From Aplysia californica (Eukaryota), in NCBI RefSeq assembly GCF_000002075.1, contig NW_004797691.1, positions 608,279 to 672,278 of the forward strand: a stretch of 64,000 bases of DNA, read 5' to 3'. This document shows, piece after piece, positions 1-27,367 of the stretch (the stretch's first letter is position 1; each line of letters begins with the position of its first letter). The position numbers and the translations under genes are program-made. The notes beneath the pieces were generated by a model. That model ran no database searches, was not told the DNA's origin, and worked only from the letters and a program-made list of their open reading frames with translations.

Positions 1-29
1 TATTTAACTTTTCGAATCGAGCCGAACTA

Positions 30-1050
30 CGCGGGTCGCCATTTTGTTTTGACCGGAAGTTCTCGCGCTACTCCTCTCTCCTTCTCTCTCTCTCTCCACT
101 GCCCACAGACAAAATTGTACGCTTTTAGTAGGCTACAGTTGTAATGGAACGTTTGTTCACTGCACAGAATTCTACAATTTTTCTGTTATCACAGTGTAGA
201 ATTCTGTGGTTTAGGGTGAACGCAAAATTTGTTGGCCTAGATCTAGGCTATAACGGTGAACGCGCACCGGGTGAGAATAGCGAATAGCCAAAAGACTCGC
301 CTGCACTATTCTCAACTGGGTGAGAATAGAGGTGGCCTTCAAATAGCATGTGAGCTATTCAGAATCTATCGCAGCGTTTCAAATAGCACCGGAGCTATTC
401 AGTTCAGGGTCAGACAGACCGCGGCGTTGCGCCAACTAGGCGCCTGCCTCGAGCCTCACTTTTACTACTGGAATCAAGATTTGTCCGTACTAATCCTGAC
501 CTCAATTCTCAATCTTCTTACCAAACAAAATTGCCACTCGCAACCCAAAGACTTCAAAGAGTGCTAGAGAAATCTAGATTCTAGATCCCAAACTATATTC
601 ACGAGGTATCTCTAGATATCTAATCTAGATCTAGATCTAGATCTATTCTAGATCCTAGGAATAAAATTAATTTTAATTAGCCTAATTATAACACTAGATA
701 TAGATAGATCTAGATCTAGATTCTATTTGTTACCACTTTGTTGACATCTGATCTACGGACGGGCTTTTTTCATTCAAAAATATCAGTCTCTCAAATAGCA
801 GTTTAGCAGTACAATACTACAACAACTTTTCAGGAAATGGCGCCGTGCCGTGACCGTTGATCTAGATTCTAGATCTAGGTCTACTGCTGCTGCTGCCCTG
901 CCCACCCCACTCTTCAATTGTTTCTGCTCTACCGTGCGATTATATCAATCCTTTCTTGAAGACGGGCGAGCGAGTCCAAAGTACTCGACTATCATGTATA
1001 AAAAGAAAGAATGTTATGTTGGGATCGATTATGTTTTATCGTAAGTGTTT
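30..1050. promoter_or_regulatory. Probable CpG-enriched housekeeping promoter region (TMEM144 rightward, unknown unit leftward)
   Basis: YY1-type CGCCATTTT at 37-45, ETS CCGGAAGT at 53-60, TCTCGCG at 61-67; opposite-orientation AAATGGCG near 835; GTAAGT donor at 1041. Confidence 0.5.
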
Positions 1051-2060
1051 GGATGTTGAACTATTTTTACCGATTTCGATCTCATTGTATTATTGTGATG
1101 ATATTATTATGGTTGACTGTACAAAGGTGTAAACTAGCCTAGATCTATGGTCTAGATCTTGATCTAGAATCTAGATATCTAGTCTATATATCTAGATTCT
1201 AACAAAATCTAAGTTATCAAGTTATTTTCAGTCCAATTTGAGGAGCAATAAATTGTAAGTAGATCTAGATCTAGATCTAATATCTAGATCTAGATTTAGA
1301 TGTTGGTTTGTTTGTTTTGTACTTTTTGAGATGATCAACTTTGCTTGGTAACTCCCCCTTTGCGATCATGTGACTTCGTTGTTTTGTTTCCATTCTCTCG
1401 TCTTGGACTGCCGAATGTTATCATCTGTTTGTGATAGGCCTAGGCCTACACACTGGCTGTGATGTTTGTTATCGCGGCTGTGTAGTAGATCTATGTGAAA
1501 CGACAACGAATTTTTGTTTTGAAAGGTGATTAGAGAATAAATCTAGGATCTGCCCGAGACTCCTTGCCTTAGCCTTCCAGATATGTAGAATCTAGATCTA
1601 GAATCTAGATCTAGAATCTAGATCTATATCTAGAATCTAGATCTAGATAATCTAGAATCTAGATCTAGACAGTCTAGAGTCTAGGCATAGATCTGAAGAC
1701 TGAGTTGTGCTTGCTAACTGTTGTTCTTTTCGCTGCTTCTGTTCAGATAATAATAGACATGACATCGAACTCATCATGGATTCATGGGTATGCATGAATA
1801 GTAAACTAGATCTAGAATCTAGATCCATGCCTACCTAGATTCTACTTTACATACATATGATAAATAAAGTCAGTAGAAACTGATGATAGAGGCATAGATC
1901 TATAGATCTAGATCTATATTAGATACCAAGACTACCTACTACAATAGAGTGTAGAAACTGATGATAGAGACATCGAAGTGGCTAGCTAGTCTAGCCGTTT
2001 TTTTAAAGTGCGGCTAGACTGCCAGTACTTAGATCTCATTAGACTTAGATCTTGATCTAG
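560..2060. repeat. Clusters of (TAGATC)n / TAGAATC palindromic low-complexity repeats
   Basis: Dense arrays at ~570-725, 1135-1300, 1585-1695, 1805-1925 and 2030-2060. Confidence 0.85.
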
Positions 2061-2587
2061 TTAATTATTCAGGTTTAAATAGTGCAAGTCAGTAAAGTAA
2101 GACACCTTTTGGTTTTGTCTGAAATACAAATCTATTAAATCTATTTGTGGTGGCCGAATTTTGCTATTCAAAAGGCTTTTTAATGGCTGCATCGATCGAC
2201 ATGCGGTTTTCGCCAAAAAATCCTCTAAAATATTCTCCAGATCATGGCGCCCTTGCTTGGTTTTTTCAGTTTTGAGACAGTTTTGCTGCAAAAAGCTAAA
2301 TTTCTTTATTTCGCTGATCGCTTTTGAAGTCCGACGCTTCTGTCTCTGTAATTTTAGAAAATCCGGAAGTGATATTTCGCGAGGCGCATTTTGTTTTGAG
2401 AGTATAGATCTAGACCTAATTTTTTGCGTCTCTCTCAATATTTATTTCCCCATTCCAGTAGAGTGTAAATATAGTAGGCCAATGACTTTTAGCTTATATT
2501 AAAGCACTGATCATCCCTTTCATCGAAAGGGGGCCCAGGTACTTTCTATTAGGCTTTGCCAACTAAACGTTTCATTTACAATTCAGC

Positions 2588-2712
2588 CATCAAGTATGGC
2601 TAGCCTGATAATCTAGCCTACGGCTCATCAAGTACGGCTAGCCTGATAATCTAGCCTACGGCTAGCCAAGAAGTCTATACATACGGCTAGCCAAGAAGTC
2701 TAGCCGTACTTA
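2588..2712. repeat. Short tandem repeats TACGGCTAGCC.. of a dispersed family also at ~2061-2140 (+), ~2740-2895 (+), ~4855-5045 (-) and ~5935-6145 (+)
   Basis: Shared CACC....GGTTT(C/T)GTC..AAATACAAAT and GTACGGCTAGCC segments. Confidence 0.65.
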
Positions 2713-2971
2713 GGCCCTATTAACATTAGAAAACAGGCAGGAGGTTTAAAATACATGCACTGTCATTAAGGCACCTCATGGTTTCGTCTGAAATACAAAT
2801 ACTTTAGGTACTGCAAACTAAAAATTTATTTACAGTTCAGTAGGCCTTTTTTATGGTCAATCTAGCCTTCATATTAAGAAAGTACGGCTAGCCTCTTCCT
2901 AGAGGCATACCAAAGTCATTTAAGATTATATATAGGCAGGCGTATCTCGACAACATTGACCAATATAAATA

Positions 2972-3764
2972 CAGTGGAGTCCACTTATAACGAGTCCTGA
3001 AATAGCGAGAAGTCTGTTATAAAGACTCTCTTGTAAAACTTCGTTTTTTTTCCTTTTTTTATCTTTGTATAAAATACTGCTATAACACAATCAGATAGTT
3101 ATAAATATATTGCGGAATATTGCTGCTGCTGTGCACAGCGCATAGGCTATTTATACATGTAAAACCTCGCCTGTTGAGAGACTGAATTGCTGATGATCAA
3201 GCGAAACAAAGAATGGGAGAGCCCATGTGTGCCAACATTGAAGGCCGGAGCAAATGAGTGGGGAGGGTGTGGCAATGCGCAGACAAGCTATTGTGAAGCA
3301 GAGCGCATCGCGTGATAGGCCAGCCTAGTCTAGATTATCTAGGCCTACCATGCGTCTCACTTCTCCGATGCGAGGATGGAGAGGTCACCCTGATGTGTGA
3401 CATGCGCAAGCAGACGGAATGCACCACAGGGTGTGGTGGGGTGGGGGAAAACACAGTGGGCGAGTTAGCCAAGAGAACTCTTTCTGATCGCCAACGCCGA
3501 GCTGTCAACATTACTAATGCTAGAGAAGGAAACCTGATTCGATTTTTGATCAAATAAGACCAAGAGGTCATGTTGGGCAAAATCATCATCAGGGGTGAGA
3601 AAAAAAAAAACCCAAAAATATATGTACAACCAAATTCATACACTAGGCCTACTTTATTATAAATTTCCTTTGAATTTATTACTGGATCCCTTATGTAACA
3701 AGAATCCTGCTATAACTGAAATTTTGTACCAGTCCCCCCCTCTCGTTATAACAGGATTCCACTG
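2972..3764. mobile_element. pogo/Tigger-like (Tc1-mariner) MITE
   Basis: TIRs CAGTGGAGTCCACTTATAACGAG / CTCGTTATAACAGGATTCCACTG, TA on both sides. Confidence 0.85.
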
Positions 3765-4290
3765 TAATCATAAAAACTTTAGTATCCTAGTGTAAAAAAC
3801 TTTGCACTTTCTTGAACGCAAAATTGTCAGATGGAGTCAAGTCAAGCCAAGGCCAAGTGCTAAGCAAGACCAAAAGACTGCAATTAGCTTATTTCAGACA
3901 TTTTGAGGGTGGGTTCTCTTTCTTGGTTTCTTCCACTTCTAATGTTTTTCGGAAGTCTGCACAGTTGTGTGGGCATAATACTATAGGGGGTGCCCATAAA
4001 CGCGATCAGGTCGGGTCGTTTTCTGATGATTTCAGTGCACTCTACAAAACCCCGCCGCGATTGTACCTGACGACGTGGAAGTTAAAGTAGAGAAACATTT
4101 TACTTCAGTGGCTTCAAGTCTAGTGCTCCTTTCCGCCGTTCCCAGTTGCAGTGCTGCGGCAGCCTGGAATCCCATAAAAACATTGGGTTACTTCGATAAC
4201 TTTCTATTATTTTCTTTAAGTGGATGGACTCCATTATTGTTGTCAATTGTTAATGGTATTTCACGCGGAAATGCGCGACCTTGACAGCAC

Positions 4291-4639
4291 AGCATCGGTG
4301 GCCTAGTGGTTAGGCTCTCGGACTCGCAACCGTAAGGTCGTGGGTTCGAATCCCATCAAGGGTCCGACGTTGTGTCCTTGGGAAAGGCACTTTACACGAA
4401 TTTTCCTCACTTCACCCAGGTGGGAATGGGTACCCGGCTACAGACAGCGAAAGATCTTGTCAGTTTGTTAGTGTTTGAGCGCTTAATCGGCTGCTCGCAC
4501 TGTATGCTTCCTGGGAAGCTGAGAATGTTTCGGACTGTTCTATGGTCTGCTGGGGTAATAATATAGTGTAAAGCGCATAGAGCCTGCTGCTGAGCGGGGA
4601 TATGCGCTATACAAATGCTATCTATTATTATTATTATTA
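4291..4639 (+). mobile_element. tRNA-derived SINE, family A (CORE-like centre, (TAT)n tail)
   Basis: A box TGGCCTAGTGG, B box GGTTCGAATCCC, TGTGTCCTTGGGAAAGGCACTT..CACCCAGGTG..AATGGGTACC core, (TAT)n end; further copies in window. Confidence 0.85.
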
Positions 4640-7600
4640 CCTGACTCAGCCTTGTTGTGATTGGCTGCAAACCGCCTGATCATGCGACTCGCAGGCCTGA
4701 AAACAAATGGATTCGTTTTTGAAGGTCACCGACCGAGTCGATCGGTTTGTGCCACGATGGCTGCTTTGCGCCCTCAATTTAGCTAGCTCCGATTACCAAA
4801 TCGACCTGACCTGACCCGACCACGCTAGTGGGCACCCTTTCAAGGAAGAGGCTAGTCGTACTTAAGGACGTCAAGACTGGCAGGCTAGCCGTACTTAATG
4901 ATGGCTAGACTGAGAAAAAGCTCAAAATACTGTTGTAAATAAAATCTTAGATTGTATCTAAAAAAGTATTATTTGAGACAAAACCAAAAGGTGCCTCTTA
5001 CTATTACTGACATCGTGCATATTTTAAACATGAATAATAATTATTTAACTAATGGGACTTGTGTACTCAACATTTTCCTTTACAAACACTAAGTCAGTGT
5101 GTCAAAGATTGGTTTGGTTCATATTTCATGAATTTTGTTGATTTTTCATTCTCCGTGCGTTTTACTGTTTATTGATGGGTGGCCATTATTGAGGGACAAT
5201 GGGACAATATTATTGACACTTGGTGTATATTCATCTATGATATTTCTTACTTCTTAGTTGAAAAGGAGAATGTTGAAAATGTATTATTTGGAATCACATT
5301 TCATTCCAAATGATAAAGAAACAAATGAACTAGTCATCTGAAAAAGAGCAAGTGTCACTTATGACACATGGCGTCATCAATTCCCCAGGTGTTTAAATTT
5401 CTTGGGGGGTTTTTTCCAGGGAAATTTCATCCATTATTATTTTCTTTGTTACACTTCTATTGAACTATAATACTGCTTATTTGATCAAGGAAGGTTAATT
5501 TCAAGAGAAACAAAGGGTAGTTTGTCGTCATTTGTCATAATTGACCCCAGATCCCCATATAGGACACATGTTTTATTCCACAATCCTGGAGCCAAGGTTT
5601 TTAAGAAACTGCTTCCTACGTTTCTCCCTAGGAAGAGTTTTTAGTTTTAGTAAGTGTTTTACGGCACTTGCAACACAATAAGGTGATATAAGTGCCGAAG
5701 ATTAGAGGTGTTACAAGAGAGTAACAAACACAAAAAAGAAGCAGGGGAGATAAAGACAATAGACGTTTGATAGGAAAGAAGAAGCAAACCACACCAGAGC
5801 ACCCGCCAACCACCCTTCCTAGGAAGAAGACATTTCCCTTTTAGGAGATTTAAGTTTGAACCTTGTCATTATCAAGTTTCATCTGTGTCAGTCTCAGCTT
5901 CCAATTTTGTTTTATTGCGTTTTGTAACTGTCTCATTAGTAATTATTCAAGTTTTAAATACATGATGCCTGTCAGTTTGAGGCACCTTTTGGTTTCGTCA
6001 CAAATACAAATTAATATACTTTAGGTTACTACAAACTAAAATTTTATTTACAAATTCAGCAATTTTTTTCTTTTTGTCAGTTTAGTCATCATTAAGTATG
6101 GCTAGCCTGCCTTTCTAGCCGTCCTTATATGTATGGCTAGCTACTTCAATATTATAATTTGTATTGTAGGAAAAGTCTAGATCCAGAGAGAAATGGATGC
6201 AGCTCACATATTTTGGTATTCCGAGGCAAAGTACAGTATATCATCAACTATTGGGTGGTCATCTAGTCTTATATAATTTTCCATCCCTGCCAAATTCATT
6301 ATTATTTTACTCATGGACCCGTCTCATGCTCAGTATTCTAAGGCTCTTTTCTTGTTCATTTGTATCCACTGTACGTGAATTTTGACTTAATATTATATAT
6401 CCACCACAAATTATTCATTTTTGAGAGATATATATTCTTATACGAACTATATTACTGTTATAATTATTACAAGGACTAATTGTGTAGTAATTTTAACTTG
6501 ATCTTAACAATGTGGGGGGGTTTCCCACCTGACTAAAAAAAAATCTGAGGGGTTTCAGCAGGGGAATGATTTCTGGCCTAATTTGATATTTTGCAATTAT
6601 GTTTGATATTTTCTTGAATTGATTTGCAAGGGTTTTAGCGACTATATGTGTGTGTTCTGCAGCTAAAATTACGGCAGTTTAACCCCTACGTGCGGGTCTA
6701 AAAGTAAAAATTTACCTCAAATTCAAATGACAACGGAGCCCATCAATGCATAGAGGGCTGCCACTGTTACCATTGCATACACACCTTAGACCAGTGCTTG
6801 CCAACCTGAATAACATTGCCTACTAATGGGAGGTGGGGATCACTTGAATAGTAAACTCTGATGTACTGCCTTGCAGTAGAAAAGTTGCCTTCTTAGGCAG
6901 TGACCAATTAAAATGGGGAAAAAAATGGACCATTCCTTCTGAGGATCCTTCCATAGAAGGTCACAAGCTGAAGACTGCTTCAAGGCCCATTCAAATGTTA
7001 CTGACTGGTCAACTTACAGTGGGAGAGACCAGAAACCTTGCCTTCGCAAAGCTCTGGTCAGCGATTAGTTGATTCATAGGACAGGCAAACAATAACCAGG
7101 GGCGGTTTGTTAACTGGGCAAGACCGGCGGTGCCGGTCAGATTTTTGTCAACTGAACTGTTGACTAAAGGTTTATTGCTGATGACGATTTTCATTCAGTT
7201 TTAAGTAAATCCAAACAAACATGTATCAACATTCAAAAACACCTTGCCGATTTGAAGGCGCTCAAATAGACAAGTGGGATTCACTGCTGTTTTTTCGCGA
7301 CATAACCTCATTCCTTCACGTTTGTTATCGCGCCGGTTCGTAACTTTAAATCGTCTCCCATCAAACCGTCACGTCGTGGAACTTCGTACTACGTACACAC
7401 AAATACATGGCGGGCTTGGCTAAGGCCTAGCGATGACGTCAGTCCCATGGACAAATCCATCGTCAGTCCATAGAAGGATTAGAGTATCCCTTAATTGCCA
7501 GATTGGCCTCTTTGTAGCTTACAAAATTAAGAATGAGACTGTCTTGAGCAGCACAGACACTTGTATTATTTTATCAGCAAAACATGTATTTATCATTCAG

Positions 7601-10600
7601 CCTTTCTCTAACTACTATCAGATTAATCAGAACATTTATTGTCAGCATGGCACTACTCTTTTTTGTTTATTGACTTTTTAACCACCTATAGTTCCTGTTT
7701 GACATATACTCATCGTTTTCTCCCCACTAATAACTTACCTGGCCCATAGGAGTCTGGCCGGCGGAGGGAGGAATCGTCTAGTGAAGATATATAAGGACAA
7801 TTTTAACGAGGAGCGTAGGCACTCAGCTGTCAGAGTCTGGGCCGAAAACCCCCTCCCTTCCCTCCCCTTTTCAACCCTCACCCCAGCTAGACACCAAGTT
7901 CTATAATTAGAATTTGACACACTTCCCCACTTTGTTACAACACAGTGTTCAGTTCTGAGAACTGAGAAGTGCGATGAAGTACATTTGATGATATAATGAT
8001 CGGAAACGTGTGTGCTTTGTCCAGCTTTGTATAGCATCTGATTGTAGACTTCATCTGCTTGGGACAGCGTCACTGATACAGTAGCAATTGACTTTTTGTC
8101 ATCATACAGGACAGTTCTTATTACATATATTTAACGGGTTCAATGCAGGTCAATATTTTGTATGGGGGCGTAGAAAGTACGAGTAAAGTACTGTACTGGA
8201 GGCCAGGACCAGCGATTTATTGCTTCTCACTTTCAGTTTGTTTTCTAGCTTAGACTCAAGTAGTGTGTTTCATTTTCTGTGCCGATCAAGTGAGTTTCTA
8301 TTAATCTCAGGAACTTCCATCTTACATTATTCATAATATTGTTTATTGACGCTACCGCATATTTTAGCTCTTTCACATTATATTACAATGTTTACTGTGG
8401 TGTGTGTGTGCGTGTGTGAGTGGGGGAGGGGGTGGGGATGGCGNNNNNNNNNNNNNNNNNNNNNNNNNNNNNNNNNNNNNNNNNNNNNNNNNNNNNNNNN
8501 NNNNNNNNNNNNNNNNNNNNNNNNNNNNNNNNNNNNNNNNNNNNNNNNNNNNNNNNNNNNNNNNNNNNNNNNNNNNNNNNNNNNNNNNNNNNNNNNNNNN
8601 NNNNNNNNNNNNNNNNNNGGAAAATAGTCGACGTGAATGACCGCCGGTCAGTTCTATAAACCACGAGCCGCCACTGACAATAACGACAGGTGAATGGATT
8701 GTAAAGGCTTTTAACCACAGCGTCAGGGGTCAGTAAATGATTTATGGCTATGTTGGGCAATGAGAGATTTGTGTGGCCATCTTGGAAGTTGTTATCGGGA
8801 GCTGTCGGTTGATGAAATTAAATAGTGGCAAATTTTTGCCTGAAATTGATGTTGGGGTTTTGTTTTTTTGTTAAACTAGGACTAAGCAATTTTAAATTTA
8901 TGAAAAAACAGCTGCAATAAACAACCCCATACTCAAAAAGTATTCCATTTCGTGTCACAGGTTCCGCTCTAAGAACAACTTTTTACATTTGGTAGGAGGT
9001 TGGCCGGTGCTCTAGTGTTGTTTGCTCCTTTTTTTCCTCTATCAAATATCTATCCTGATCCTTATCTATCCTCCTGTTTTTCCCTTTGTTACTCTCTTGT
9101 AACACCTCTAATATATGATCTCTTTTAAGTACAAGGGGGCTATCCCAGAAAATGCTGTTTTGAGAAAATCGAAGGTAAAGTTTTTGAACCCTTATTCAGT
9201 TTCTTTAAAAGACAAGGAGAGTTTTCTCAATAATCAAACAAATAAACTCACCAATGAAACCAAACTTCTCATATAGGTAAGGCAATTCCCACTTTTGTTG
9301 TAGGTCAAGATTTCTGGAAACCCCCCAAATCTGGGTTAGTTCGCCTGTCCTTAAAAGCGACCATATATATTCGGCCCTTATATGACCTAATTGTGTTGCA
9401 AGCGCCATATAAAAGTGGCTTACTAAAACAAAAAAAATGATTTTTACATTTGTCGTAATAGTTTTGTTCTGATTGTGAATAGAAACAGTGTTTAGAGAGA
9501 ATGAGAAAACGAATGCACTTTTGATCAGGCTCTTTTTTTTTTTTGTATCCAAAGATTCTTTTTAATGAATAAGTGACGACTAATCCATGGTTTGCCACTA
9601 TCTCTAAAATCATCATGTAGCATAACTTGTTCTCTCCTGTACTACCTTTTTATATAAATTAATCCACAACATGGTATTAAGGTAAGTTGTCTGGGGTGGA
9701 AACCTTTCTAAATTGGAAGCCTCTCGAGTCTAGAGGCAGAATGTCTCAACTTTCCTCGTAATAAATTTCTCTCTCCTGAACTTATAATAAATGATATTTT
9801 AAAAACGACAATAATGGTAATAATTAATAGTGTTTATGATTGGCTTTTCTGTTGAAAAAAAAATACTCTTATGTGCATTATAATATTCAAAGAGACCATA
9901 AATTAACATTTCTTCACAGACATGTGCATTATGAATAATGATCCTGAGCTTGGCAATGAGGATGTGAGCCCTAAAATCTGTAGAATGCAATGGAAATTCA
10001 TTGTCACAAGAAAACTACTGGAATGGCCATAGACAAACAATACAATTTTTGTTCTCTCCCCCTTTGCATGTGATGACATAATAGGCTTCTGTTTATGTCG
10101 GTATCACGTTCCATAATAGCACCCAAGTTCTCACTATCAGAAAAACCATGTGTAACTATCTATTGATCCACCCTGGTAACTTTGTTCAATTCAGGAACAG
10201 ATGTTATAGATTTGCTCCCAATATGTCATTCTCCTAAAATTTTGTTTATTTTAGTGTTTCGTCTTCTCAGAATGAGCGCAGTTTTGTTTCCCTATGGTTT
10301 CAATTTCTAATGAATCATAGGATGGTTATTAAGTTTTAAAAAAGTCAGCGGTTTACCATAGGGAAAGGAGGAGAAAGGAGTAGTGGGGGTTGATATTTCT
10401 TTTTCCCTGAAAACTTATTATTCTCCTGGCAAGAAATACATCCAAAGGAAAATAGATTGTTTATTGTTGATTAGTATAGTGCCATGGAATTTAATGCTTC
10501 GGATCTGGTTGCACTTGACATAGGGGTCTATAATTTCATTCTGATGACTCATGTTTAAAATTTTGTCACTGGTCAGATAGTGTAAGAAGAAACAGACAAC

Positions 10601-13116
10601 AATTCAAATGTTTCAAGATTCAAAATTTAATAATACTATGATTATATAATGTGCTTGAACCTGTTTGGTTATTCAGTTTGGTAGACAACCCTAGATTCCA
10701 CTGTGGTCACAGCTATTGATTTCAAAGTGAAGGAAGATTCTTGTAATTTAATTGAGTTGTTCTTCTTTCTTTAAGTGTTGTTAAGATTAAGAACCCTTTT
10801 ACATATAGAGTTTTATAACATTTTGAAAAATTATTAAAATTTGAGCTTTTCATTGGAAGTGTGTTTGTTAGTTAAAAATTACAGTGTTGAGATGCAGATA
10901 TGAACTAACTCAGGAAAAAAGAGCACTATTTTTTGTCACAAACTTAATGAAGATAAGTGCAGAGGAAAACAAATCAGCGTACAGTAAAGCGGATTCACTT
11001 TAAGACATTCTGATCTGTGTATTGTTTTGGGTTTTTTTCTCTGTCTTTTAGAGTCAATTCAAGGTAGGTGTTATTGTTTTGTTGGTCATGAAAGTAAGTT
11101 TAATTATAGTATTTCTTTGTCAGATTATTTGAAACACAGAACCTCCAATTTTCTGTCCTCTTGCGATAGACCTGAGTTAAGTGGGTGAAAAGGTAAAGAA
11201 TCCCCAAGCAACCCATGTTCGTGAATCACTTTTGGGGTTTTGATCTCGTTGCAGTTTGGCAAAATAGAGAGTTACCACACACCTAAAAATGCTCATAAGA
11301 TATATTGCTTTTAGAGAAAACTGATTAGCTCTAAGATTTGGAAGTATGAGAAAAGGAGTTTTTTTACTAGGTTTTTTTTTTTTTTTTGGGGGGGGGGGGT
11401 GTTTTTGATAAGTTAAAAGCCAAGAACTGGGGGCTTGTCAACATTTTCACCAGGTCACATTTTATTTGTGCTCAAGTAGGCTTACTCAGGGAAAACGTTT
11501 GCCATCTGGGTCTTTTTATGATTTCTTCATCTCTCCAGCTGGACTCTGTGAGTCATAAGTACAAAGGGCTGAGTCACATGCTCTGCTCCCTCTGGTCACA
11601 TGCTGTGTGTTTATTGACCTGTATCTAGAGTAAGCAAAGATTTTCTTCATTGCTGGCTAATATTTGGTAAAGATGGCCTATATGTGAAAACAATAAGTAT
11701 GAGAGATTGCAAATCATTTTGGTTAACCAAAAAAAAAGAAAGAAAGAAAAGAAAAAATGAATTACAGAAGAGACAACAATGTGATTCTTGACCCTTGGAT
11801 TTATGTTGAAGTGTTATGGTTCTTGTGCTGATGTTTATGTGATTATCATGACTGCTAGATGGCTTACTTTGTTTTCAGCTCTGCTATACCCCTTAGAAAC
11901 TGATAAACATAATAAATGTGATGATGATGAAGTCAAATTAGTTAGTGCCTACCCCAGTGTACCCACAGCTATTGTCTCTTTACATAAATCAAAGAGGGAA
12001 ACAATCTGTGAAAAAAAATTAAAAAGCGCAACATGTACATATCATGTACATTTGAAAAAAGCTTGACCGTGCAGGTGTCAGTACCCTAAAAGTTCTTTTG
12101 TATATTATATCATTTTTTAAAATTCAAAGACGCTCCTCTTATGCAGTTGCGGGCGCCATAAAACCCTATACTACAACTACTACAAAGATGCTCCTGTCAA
12201 GCTAAATGAAATACTCCTTCGTGGATCTGCTATTTGTCTGTTCTGCCTGTGAGATGTTTGATAGCACATTGCTAATCTCTACCGACATACCTGTTATGAG
12301 TAAAGTTGGTTCAGGTCATATAAATTAATTCATGTAGATAATGAAGTTGTCCTATATTTCATCATAAGAGCTAGTTTATCAACTTTTCAATGATAACGTC
12401 CCATCTTGATCTCCAAGTGGCCAGTAAATGATAATGCTGGAATTTAAGTATGGGTCGGTTTACAGCTTAAGTCATAGACTTGAGGGTGACTTGACTAGAT
12501 AAACTCCTTGTCCTTGTAATTATAACATTCAAACTATTTGTTTGTCCTTCATTTTTTAGAATTTTATCAAAAAGACGCTGAAAGAATCTTACCCATTTTT
12601 TTTTGACTGAGGTTGTACTATCTCTTTTCTCAACATTTGATTTCAATCTGTTTCTGTTTGTCAATTTTATTTGTAAAGGTCAAAGGGCAAGTTCATGTGA
12701 GCCATCCTGATAGTATCTTGGTTTTTTATTTTGTGAAATATCTCTATAGAGATAGAGGAGTAGGTGTACTAGTTCTTTCTTGGATCATTCACCTGTGTTG
12801 AGGGTTCTAGTTGCATCTCAAAAGGTCTTATTTCATTACTATCCTATAAAATATGCAGCAGTTGGAAATCAGTTTTGTTTTCATGTTTTAGATCAGTTTT
12901 ATTGAATTCTAATAAAATTTTGTGTAATTTCACTTTTTGGATGTTTTTATTGGTTCATTATTTTAATGATTTGCTTTAGCGTTACACTTGGTAGTAACTT
13001 GTGATATTTTGCCTCTTGAGAAGTGCTGGACACTCATATATGTGTATGTATAACCTCAATCTGTTTTACTTCTAAGTTTGAAATTCTACTCTCATTTTCA
13101 GAATATTCTGATGTGA

Positions 13117-27367
<14,251 letters not shown>

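Noticed and set aside
4291-4360. tRNA gene (A and B boxes)
   Set aside because: Runs directly into a multi-copy SINE body with no complete cloverleaf; the same applies to the heads at 25700-25768, 36462, 45030-45100 and 60906.
7733-7745. ACTTACCTGG resembling the 5' end of U1 snRNA
   Set aside because: Similarity stops after ~10 nt; it is simply the complement of a minus-strand donor site.
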